A stretch of DNA of 32,000 nt from Candidatus Saccharimonadota bacterium. Lineage in GTDB: Bacteria > Pseudomonadota > Alphaproteobacteria > CAJXXZ01 > 1604HC. The first letter of the stretch is position 1. Each line of letters starts with the position of its first letter. The notes under the pieces are model-generated. The model had not been told where the DNA came from. It did not search any database and worked only from the letters and a program-made list of their open reading frames with translations. Of the stretch, positions 18,700-27,900 are shown in pieces. The DNA lies in contig NZ_CP043315.1 in assembly GCF_008189285.1 (NCBI RefSeq), positions 210,001-242,000 of the forward strand, written 5' to 3'. The position numbers and the translations under genes are program-made.

Positions 18700-19570
18700 T
18701 AAAAAATTAGCAATATTATTCGCATATTTTACATTTTTCAATCATGGAAAAGAGAATAAAAATACAGCGAAAATGATAGTTGATATAGTTGATGATCAAA
18801 AATGCTATCAATCTCGAAATAATTTAGATAAATGCATATTAAATTTAACTACCTCTAAGAAGTATAAAATAAATCGTAATGTGTATAAAAGCAAAACAAA
18901 TGAAGTAGAAAGATTTATTAAAAATTATAGAGCCAATGAAAGATATTTGAAAAAATCCAATTTTATAGGAGATGTTTATCCTGAGAGCAAATCGTATGAT
19001 GTTGCATTGTTGGTGTATGATCCAAACCAGGGGATTGAAGTTTTTAGAGAGAAAGTAATCTTTTTAAACAAGCTTTATGAACAAGGATATAGATGGGATG
19101 TTGTAGAAGTTATAGTTAGCTCTAAAAGCAAAAATTATGGCTTTGAGGAAATACAAATATTGCAAAATAAGTATAATTTATTAAATATCAGGAGATATAA
19201 TATAAAGCAAATACATAGAAAGCCATTAAATGATGAAGATATTGCACAAATTATATTAGAGCAAATGGAATTGAATATAGGGGATAAGATAGAATTTTAC
19301 TCTCATGATCAGTCGTTATCTCAGATTATGCGAGATTGGTCAAATGAAAGCCCTAATACAAAAACAATTGACATACAAATCAATCCTATGATCCCTTACT
19401 ATAAAGCTAGATGGAATGAATATTACAATCATAAATCTAATAAGATAGAAGTTGTTGGAAGCGCTGGAATCACAAACAAAAAAGGGCGAGTTGATATGTA
19501 TTATAATGCAGAATTGATATTAAGTAGCATTGGTTTGTATTATAAATATGCGAATAAATACAGATTTTAA
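18689..19570 (+). CDS. hypothetical protein with hydrophobic N-terminus
   Basis: 293-aa ORF whose start overlaps the stop region of the preceding gene by 11 bp (operon-like coupling). N-terminus MIFSKKLAILFAYFTFFNHG. No recognised motif. Confidence 0.6.
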   Translation: MIFSKKLAILFAYFTFFNHGKENKNTAKMIVDIVDDQKCYQSRNNLDKCILNLTTSKKYKINRNVYKSKTNEVERFIKNYRANERYLKKSNFIGDVYPESKSYDVALLVYDPNQGIEVFREKVIFLNKLYEQGYRWDVVEVIVSSKSKNYGFEEIQILQNKYNLLNIRRYNIKQIHRKPLNDEDIAQIILEQMELNIGDKIEFYSHDQSLSQIMRDWSNESPNTKTIDIQINPMIPYYKARWNEYYNHKSNKIEVVGSAGITNKKGRVDMYYNAELILSSIGLYYKYANKYRF

Positions 19571-19773
19571 ATCATTTTTATAGAATTTATTATGCAAATG
19601 TATTTATATATTATAGTTTTCTGCAATTGTTATTGCCTCATGAAATAAATAAATTACAGTTAACTTTTTAAGACAATTTATATGAATTATAAATTGAATT
19701 ACATTAAAGATTATCAGAATTATAATCTAAATTTACAATATATTAATCGCGCAATGTTTCAATAAAACAAAAT

Positions 19774-19778
19774 GGAGG
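19774..19778 (+). promoter_or_regulatory. Shine-Dalgarno GGAGG for giant-protein paralogue B
   Basis: aaatggaggaataATG, with 4-nt spacing to ATG 19783. Same context as paralogue A. Confidence 0.55.
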
Positions 19779-19782
19779 AATA

Positions 19783-22692
19783 ATGAATAAGAAATTGTTA
19801 GCCTTGTTAGCTGTATTTTCTATTAACAAATCTACTTTTACTAATAATGTGTCTGATGTAAGCAATAACCATTTAAGTAAGACATTTATTTGTGATGGAG
19901 TGATCCCTGAAGATGCATCTGATTGTTTTAAATCATGGATTAGTTCAATTAATGATGGAGATCTTATAAGAAAATTAGTTCATGATAAGCATGTATATAC
20001 TGGTAAAAATGAAAAAGGAATTAAAGCATTTAGATTAAGATGCGATGATGGATTTGATGAATTGGTAGGATACAATTTTGACAAACATGAGATTGTTCGT
20101 TTTACTGGAGTAAATACAAGCGCAGACTTGCATGATGTTCAGCTAGGACAAGTTCATCAAGTTTCCAAGGTTTCTTTAGATCAAACAGAAAATATTTCAG
20201 ATTTGATAAAAAATGGATCTATTAGTGATTCATTAAAGCACAAATATGAAGAAGTGCAAAAGTTTTTTAAAGCGCTTCAATTTCCTATTTCTTATATTAT
20301 GCTAGGTAGAGATCCAAGCTTAAGTAGTTATATGCATAGTTTAAATGGAAAGAAATTTTCTATGGAAACAATTTGTGATGAAGTCAAATCTGGAAGGTCA
20401 TTTTCTGATGCTTTCCAGCATATGCATGACACAATTAAGAGCGAAAAAGATAAATCTGAATTACAAGGCAATATTTCTCAATCTGAAGGAGTTCTTAAAG
20501 CTCATCTTTCAAGTGAAAATGATGAATTGCAAGAATTTGTTGGCGAACAAACTGATGCGCTTGCAGGTCAAAATAGAGTCATTAAATCAAAAGTTGGCGA
20601 ATTGCAAGTATTCGTTGGCGAGAAAACTGATGCTCTTGCAAGTCAAAATGGAGAGATTAAAGTAAAAGTTGGCGAATTACAAGAATTAGTTGATCAGCGC
20701 ACTTTAGCTCTTGCAAATCAAAATGAAGAAATTAAAACAAAAATAGAAGATGCAATTAAAGAGGCTGAAGAATTAGCTCAAGGAGTTGAAGAATGCTGTG
20801 TTGAATTAAAAGATAAAGTAGATTTAACTAACAAGCAATTCGAAGTTATTCCTGGTGAATCGCCAGATACTGATGAAAAAACTCAAAGAGAATTGCTTCT
20901 AAAAGCTCTTGCAAACTCTGAAGAAGCAAAAAATAAATCAAGATTTGAGCATTTGACAAATACCAATGAATTAAGAGTTGGGGTGAGCAATGGTTCAATG
21001 TTTGCTTATCATTTTGTGTATCACTTTATTTCAGATAAGTCATCTGTTACTGATGCAGAAGCAATGGTAATTATTAAAGAATTGTTTGCAAATATGAAAT
21101 GTGGTTTTGGAAACCCATCAAATGACTTGTTAGAAGCAGTTAGATTAGTTGCAGAAAAAGTTGATGCAGAATCTTTTGATAGTTTTAAAGAATCTTACAA
21201 AAATATTGTGACCTTTAAAACTGGATTATATCCTTCTTCATCTTTAGAGATTACCAGCACTAACACTGCAATCAATGATTATATGAGATGGATGATGCCT
21301 ATATGGATTAAAAACACTGATGATACAGGAGGGGCGCTTGCTCAAAACGTACAAGATAATTTTGACCAAGAACTGAAAGATTTTATTGTTAGTCAATATA
21401 CTGAGACATCACATGATATGGCATACAATTTAGTTAGATGGTATGCGCATGTTGCTGAAAATACAGGAAGCGCTATAAAATGGGCTCATAATGCTATTAA
21501 AGCTATTAAAAATGTGCATATTCATTACATGTTTCCTATATTTAGTGGATATGTAGATGCAATGATAGATGAAGAAAGAAAGATAAATTCATCATATTCT
21601 TATAGCGACTTCTATAGAACAAAACAAGATAGCATTGTTCTTGATCTATATGGTATTTTAAATGCATTTGATATTGATTTAAACACAGTTAGCTTAGCAG
21701 ATAAATATAAAATTCAAGATGAAATGGTAAAAATTGCAATCACATATGCGAGCGATATTCCTAAATATTTGAGTGAATTATATAGTACAAATCCAATATA
21801 TTCACCTATCAAGAATACTAGCGATGGATATTATGTTGATAGAGGTTGGATTGATTCAAATGGTGATTTGTATGCAGTATTGCGTGCTTTTGTGATTGCG
21901 ATAAATACAGATGACATAGAAGAAATATCAAATAGTTATGAGCAAAGCATATTGTTAAGAAATATTTTGAAGCATGGATTCAATAATACAATGCCTAATG
22001 TTTATAATTTAAGCACTACAGGATCAGGAGAGGATTACTTTATTAAAGGTAGCGGGTCAACAGATGTTCCTAATGCTGAAAAATCTAAATTATGGCATTT
22101 GCTAAATAGAAGCACAGGAGACTCTCATTTTCTAAAATTTGCAGATGACAATAATGCATTTTTCAAGATAACTGATTTCTTTGCATCTATTATGAGAAAT
22201 AGCGATGTTTATGGAGATGAAGATCATGAAATACTTTCTACTATAGATGCTTGGATTGGTGAAAGTGTTGCTCAATATATGAATTCAGGAGATGAAGCAA
22301 GAAATGCAAATTATAGCGCTCACTATATGCATGCAATGAGAGCATTCTTTGAAGAATTGTGTTGCTATACATCAAAAAGACTAAAAGTAGCTAATGGGCA
22401 AGAAAATAAAATAGAACATTATGCGGCTATTTATGCTTTGTTGAATAAGTCATTGAATAATTACAAAGGCTTCACAAACAAAATGCACAATTTCTTTGAA
22501 GAAGAAAATTTGCCAGCAATGAAAGTGTTTGCATTCGAGCATTCTGTTGGTTATATTATGCATAAATGTATTAAGAAAATAATTGATTCTGGTAATGTTG
22601 GCGATGATTCTTTGATAGGCGCAGCAGCTTTGAAAGAATTTTTTGATATGTCTGCATTTTATGCAAAGACAAATTTTAATATTGAACGATAA
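19783..22692 (+). CDS. giant secreted protein family, paralogue B (25-aa x3 repeat cassette)
   Basis: 969 aa with signal peptide MNKKLLALLAVFSINKSTFT. N-module: ASDCFKSW, HVYTG, DLHDVQLGQVHQVSK, EVQKFFK, ICDEVKSGRSFSDAFQHM. C-module: MMPIWI, VKIAITYASDI. The central coiled-coil insertion is absent from paralogue A. Confidence 0.85.
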   Translation: MNKKLLALLAVFSINKSTFTNNVSDVSNNHLSKTFICDGVIPEDASDCFKSWISSINDGDLIRKLVHDKHVYTGKNEKGIKAFRLRCDDGFDELVGYNFDKHEIVRFTGVNTSADLHDVQLGQVHQVSKVSLDQTENISDLIKNGSISDSLKHKYEEVQKFFKALQFPISYIMLGRDPSLSSYMHSLNGKKFSMETICDEVKSGRSFSDAFQHMHDTIKSEKDKSELQGNISQSEGVLKAHLSSENDELQEFVGEQTDALAGQNRVIKSKVGELQVFVGEKTDALASQNGEIKVKVGELQELVDQRTLALANQNEEIKTKIEDAIKEAEELAQGVEECCVELKDKVDLTNKQFEVIPGESPDTDEKTQRELLLKALANSEEAKNKSRFEHLTNTNELRVGVSNGSMFAYHFVYHFISDKSSVTDAEAMVIIKELFANMKCGFGNPSNDLLEAVRLVAEKVDAESFDSFKESYKNIVTFKTGLYPSSSLEITSTNTAINDYMRWMMPIWIKNTDDTGGALAQNVQDNFDQELKDFIVSQYTETSHDMAYNLVRWYAHVAENTGSAIKWAHNAIKAIKNVHIHYMFPIFSGYVDAMIDEERKINSSYSYSDFYRTKQDSIVLDLYGILNAFDIDLNTVSLADKYKIQDEMVKIAITYASDIPKYLSELYSTNPIYSPIKNTSDGYYVDRGWIDSNGDLYAVLRAFVIAINTDDIEEISNSYEQSILLRNILKHGFNNTMPNVYNLSTTGSGEDYFIKGSGSTDVPNAEKSKLWHLLNRSTGDSHFLKFADDNNAFFKITDFFASIMRNSDVYGDEDHEILSTIDAWIGESVAQYMNSGDEARNANYSAHYMHAMRAFFEELCCYTSKRLKVANGQENKIEHYAAIYALLNKSLNNYKGFTNKMHNFFEEENLPAMKVFAFEHSVGYIMHKCIKKIIDSGNVGDDSLIGAAALKEFFDMSAFYAKTNFNIER
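20524..20748. repeat. 75-bp x3 diverged in-frame tandem repeat (ELQxFVGExTDALAxQNxxIKxKVG)
   Basis: Units at 20524-20598, 20599-20673 and 20674-20748 read directly. The first two are very similar and the third is more diverged. Confidence 0.85.
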
Positions 22693-22705
22693 ACATAAAA
22701 TATAT

Positions 22706-24049
22706 TTAGAAAACTAAATATTTGCATATAGATCCATGTCTAATAATGCCTGATTTAGTTAGTTTTATATGATTTTTATCGACTTGAATATAATTATGTT
22801 TGAGCAAATTATCTATTTTTTCTTTGCTTAATATATCAATAATATTAACATTAAAACGATTTTCAAAATCAATCATATTAATCCCATAGACAAGCCTTAA
22901 TCCCATCATAATAAATTCTTGAATTTGAGCTTGGGTGTCGATTTTTTCTAAATTTCTCAATCCATGCTCAAGATTTTGAACGTGTTTAAGCCATTTTTCA
23001 GGAGTTTTTATATTTTCTGTTGAATAGTAATTTTGGATATTAGGATTAGATGAGATTTCATTTATTGAATTTATGCTTTTTTTTATATCATTGCTATTTA
23101 TTACGTTAAAATCACATTGATTATATTCAGACATTTTTTTTGACATATTAGAAAAATCATCATTATTTAGGAATAATCTTCCATGAGCTCCTGGTCCAAT
23201 TCCTACAAATTGCTTGCTAAGCCAATAATTCTTATTATGCAGAGATTCATAGCCTTTCTTAGAGAAATTGGAAATTTCATATCTTTTATATTCATTTTTT
23301 TCACAATTTTTTAGTATTAAATTATAAAAATCTGCAACTTTATCATCATGAGGTAAGAATAGCTCTTTATTTTCTATTTGATGATTAAGCAATGTATTTT
23401 TCTGCAAAGTAAGCTCATATATGGAAATATGCTTTAGATCGATATCTAATAATTTATCAAGAGTATTTTGCAATATATCAAGCGTTTGAGTTGGAAGCCC
23501 ATACATAATATCTGCAGAAACATTGTCAAAAATATCTAAGCTTTGCTTTATAAAATTCAGAGCCTCTTCTGCGTTATGAGTTCTATTAAGTAGCTTAAGT
23601 ATGTCATTATCTAAAGATTGAACTCCAAACGAAATACGATTTATTCCAGCATTTCTGAAATCTTGCAGTGAATATGATTCAAGAGAAGAAGGGTTAGTTT
23701 CAAGTGTAATTTCAATTTCTTCGTTTGAATTGCTCAACCACTCATTTGAACCATTTGATGATGAGCATTTCCATAACTTCTTTGCTTCATTGATAATTTT
23801 ATTTATATTGCTTGGCTTCATCAGAGAAGGGGTCCCACCTCCAAAAAATATAGATTCCATTTCATATGGAGCATATTGAGACCAATAATGCATTTCTTTT
23901 AGCAATGCATTAATCCATACTTCTTCATCTATAGAATCTCTGACATGGCTGTTTAAATCGCAATATGAGCATTTTTTCCTACAAAATGGCCAATGTATAT
24001 ACAAAGAAAATAACTTTTCTTTTTTATTGGGTTGATTGCAATAATTCAT
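22706..24049 (-). CDS. hemW: radical SAM family heme chaperone HemW (oxygen-independent coproporphyrinogen-III oxidase-like)
   Basis: 447 aa with the radical SAM cluster motif LYIHWPFCRKKCSYCDLNS (CxxxCxxC) and FFGGGTPS. The C-terminal part is HemN_C-like. It is longer than is usual for this family because of Asn/Ser-rich low-complexity insertions. Confidence 0.8.
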   Translation of the reverse strand: MNYCNQPNKKEKLFSLYIHWPFCRKKCSYCDLNSHVRDSIDEEVWINALLKEMHYWSQYAPYEMESIFFGGGTPSLMKPSNINKIINEAKKLWKCSSSNGSNEWLSNSNEEIEITLETNPSSLESYSLQDFRNAGINRISFGVQSLDNDILKLLNRTHNAEEALNFIKQSLDIFDNVSADIMYGLPTQTLDILQNTLDKLLDIDLKHISIYELTLQKNTLLNHQIENKELFLPHDDKVADFYNLILKNCEKNEYKRYEISNFSKKGYESLHNKNYWLSKQFVGIGPGAHGRLFLNNDDFSNMSKKMSEYNQCDFNVINSNDIKKSINSINEISSNPNIQNYYSTENIKTPEKWLKHVQNLEHGLRNLEKIDTQAQIQEFIMMGLRLVYGINMIDFENRFNVNIIDILSKEKIDNLLKHNYIQVDKNHIKLTKSGIIRHGSICKYLVF

Positions 24050-24203
24050 ATTATATTAATTTAACATACTTATTGAGTTTAGATTGCATTGTATGCATTC
24101 ATATTTAGAGTTTATGCTTTATCAATATTTATAAATGCAAATCATCGCATATTCTAGCTTACAATTAATAGAAAATAAATTAATTTTGTAATCTAGTATA
24201 GTT

Positions 24204-24859
24204 ATGACACAGTGCAGTATGAATATAAGTAAATTATTGCTATCAGATATACTTATGCAATCTATGGTTACAGCACCAGATGAAGTAATGATTGATATGA
24301 TGAAGGAAGATATAGAAGTATATAAAAAAGTTAGAGAAGAGAATGATACAAATCATCAAGCTATTATATTTAATCAAAAAGCATCCTTCCATTTATGTTC
24401 TGCGCAAACAAAAAACAAGTTGCAGTAGAAACAAAAGAAAGTTTGAAGGATTTGAAAAAGCTTGATTTGCGTAATGCGTTCATCACTTCAATTGAACCAG
24501 GAATGTTTGAAGGATTATCAACTGAGCCAGGAATGTTTGAAGGATTATCAACTGAACCAGGAATGTTTGAAGGATTATCAACTGAACCAGGAATGTTTGA
24601 AGGATTAAATAGTTTGACATATATTGATCTATCAGATAATAAAATCACTTCGATTGAATTAGAAGCATTTGTGGGATTAAGCAATTTGGGCACGCTTGTT
24701 CTATCACTCAATTACTTCACTTCACTTGAACCAGAAGCATTTGCAGGATTAGGTGGTGCGCAAACAATTTATTTTCAAGATAATCCACTAGATGATAAAT
24801 CTAAAGATTGTTTAGAAAGACTAAGAAGAATATTTCCTTATATAAATACTTATTGCTAA
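24204..24859 (+). pseudogene. leucine-rich-repeat protein (LRR-1) with a frame break in an A5 run; short paralogue of ORF 30803..31990
   Basis: ORF 24204..24428 (MQSMVTAPDEVMIDMMKEDIEVYKKVREENDTNHQAIIFNQK) and ORF 24395..24859 together align co-linearly with LRR-2. In the second frame, upstream of its Met, the sequence reads SILPFMFCANKKQVAVETKE. LRR-2 has KAIALNRRHIMPFMFYISRKQVEVETKD. The frames join at aaaaa 24376-24380. Confidence 0.7.
24494..24607. repeat. 30-bp tandem repeat x3.8 (gaaccaggaatgtttgaaggattatcaact, EPGMFEGLST)
   Basis: Units at 24494-24523, 24524-24553 (one a>g change) and 24554-24583, plus a partial unit to about 24607. In-frame within LRR-1. Confidence 0.95.
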
Positions 24860-24936
24860 ATTTTTCTTATAAATTGTTTATCTTAAAAGATTAATATGCT
24901 TAGATATATCATAAAGTATACTCTTATATTGCATTC

Positions 24937-27900
24937 TTATATTATAGGAGCTATCCATTCGCTTATATCGATTTCATCTCTTCCATACTCTTGATTTATA
25001 AATTTTGCAAAAGATTCTAATTCTCCAAATTTTGTCAAAATTCCTAAGGAGCCGCTAATTTCTCTCTTTGGAGAAATAAACTTAAATGCCTCTCTAAGCA
25101 ATTGTTTGTCTGCTATAGAATTAATTAATCCATTAAAAGATGAAACTATATTATTTCCTACATACGATAAGTGAGGGCGTATATGATAAAAATCCAAACT
25201 TGTAATAGAGGCATTTTCAATTGCTCTATCAACTCCTTCTCGATAAAAATTCTTATAGTTTAGTAAAATATTTGACATTTCTACAATAGCGCTAGGGCTA
25301 TTTTGCAATTCTTTGCATCTATTTTTCATGTAACAAAGAATTCTCCCAAAATAACTATCCAAATAATTTGCCGCATTAGCAATTGCATCCTCATAATCAC
25401 TTGCATTGATTAATTCATTATTTAAAGCAATTGCAATTTTCTCAATAGTTCTTCTTAAAAATACATACATATACTCATTGTTTCCATTATCAGAAAATCT
25501 AGTTAAATCAGAATCACACTCGAATCTCCATAAAGTTTGCTTTAAAGCGCTGCTATGATCTTTAAAATTCCTCATTACATTTCTAGAAAATTGATCGACA
25601 GATTCAGACATTTCAATCATTTCATCTACAATATCTTTAAATCCAGGATCAATAGTATAGTAGTAATAATAGGATGAGAATTGATCCACAATAAATTGAT
25701 TAATGTTAAGCAAAATATTAGAAGTTAATTCATTAACATCATATCTATAATTAAATAAATTCAATGCAAAATGCATATTTTGTTTGTTTTGAATTGAAAT
25801 GTAGCTTTCAACACTAGTTTCTCCAGGAATATAAGATTGCGTTGCGTTGTCATATTCTACTATATTTCCACTTATAAAGAAATTTACAATTCTTTGGCGC
25901 CAAGCACTTCCATATGCAGCATATTCATTGATTCTTTGAGCAACTAACTCAGGCAAATTATTATTACTATGACCCTGAATCACCCATTTAAATGCTACAA
26001 GTCCAAGTTCTGCACTTTCATTACTAGTTGCATCGACCAATTTTTCTTCAATATAATCATCAACTTCTGATATGCCAGATAATAACGGAATAATATTGTT
26101 TAAATCATTAACATGCAATTCATCAGCAAATTTTATTATGATTGCTTTTGTAAAATCAATTTGATCAATATCAGTGTCTTTTAGAGGAATAGTGTCATGA
26201 ATTCTCATGCATCGATTTATCATATGATGCATAAGCTCCAACTTATATTTATTATCTAAATTTTCTAAATAAACATTGTTTTGTTGCAAGTTATTCAAAG
26301 GATTTTTATTGTAATTATTCCAAATATATCTATACGAATTATATATTGCATTTACAATGTATTTTGTGTTATTACTTTCAGAAAATGCAGAAACTCTAAT
26401 CAAGGCAGGGGAGGCAATTCTAAAGAAATCACGATAATTCATAGGATTATTTTTATGCCTCTCTCTTATATAATCAATATATTGTGTTGAAAAAGATGCA
26501 AAAGAATCCTTCTCAACATAACTTGCAATATGCATGATTGAATCTAAAACATCATCGTTTAATTGACTTACAGGGCATGAGTATAAATCAAGAATAACAT
26601 TAACAATGCTTAATGCATGCTCTGTATCTATTGAGGAGGATTCAAAATCTGCCAACATGCTTTTTACATACGCTGTAAATGAAAAATCAATACCATTTTT
26701 CATTGCATTTGTGATGTGAGCGTAATCAAATCTCTCTAACTTGCCTATTATTTTCCTAATATCTCCATGAGCTGTATTCAAAGCATGAAAAAAAGCATCA
26801 TCTTTTCTATTATGCGGATTAAGGTGATAATCAATTTGACGATCAATCTCTTCTGCTTCAAGCTTGATTTGATCTGCTACTTTTTTAATATGACATATTG
26901 CTTCTCCTATATTATCATTGCAATCAACTGCAAGTTGAGAGCTAATTTGTGTATTCATTCCATCTACCTTTGAGCTAACTTGCCCAACTGCAGCACTAAC
27001 GTCATCAACTTTCCCATCAATAGCACTTGCTTTCATTTCAATTCTATCAACTTTGATTTCAATTTGATCGGCTGTGTTTCCAACTGTATCTACTTTTGTA
27101 TCAACTTGCCCAACTGCAGCACTAACGTCATCAACTTTCCCATCAATAGCATTCGCTTTAGCAATTATTTGGTTAGATTTTTGTCTAATTTTCCCTACTA
27201 CAGTATCGATGCCATCTACTTTTGTATCAACTTGCCCAACTGCAGCACTAACGTCATCAACTTTCGAATCAACTTGACCAATTGCATTGTTGATACCATC
27301 TATTTTCCCATCAATTACTCTTGATTTATTTAGAAGTTTATTGGTTTTTTGCTTAACCTTGTCTATTTCTACATCAGTTTCAAGTATTTTTTCTTTAATA
27401 GCTTCAGTTTTTGTGTTTAGATTATCTAACAAAGATTGTATATCAGAATCTATTTTTCTTACTTGCCCCTTCAGATATTCAGGATCTGCATTTGAAACTT
27501 CATTCAAAATCCTATTGAAGTCTGCAGGATTATTCGCTCCAAAAAATGATATCAATCCTCTTTGAACATTGCTGAAAAATACATCGCCCGCATCCTGACC
27601 TCGCAAGATATTTAATATTGCTTCTAATATATTTTGCCCATCATCTGTATTTAGCAGCTCTTTTACTTCATTGCAACTTATTTGCAATTGCGTGTATATT
27701 TCTTCATCTTGAATAGCATCAACTCTCAATGCAATGTGTCCAAGATAGCCAAATATAGTCGTCAAATCATCTGTATGAGCGCTTCCTGCTGTATCTTTCA
27801 ATTTATTTACAGTTTGATGCAATGCAGAAATATCAGCATGAACATCCTCTTTTATTGAGTCAGCATGCTTGTTTTGATGGTACAAATCTAATATATCGCT

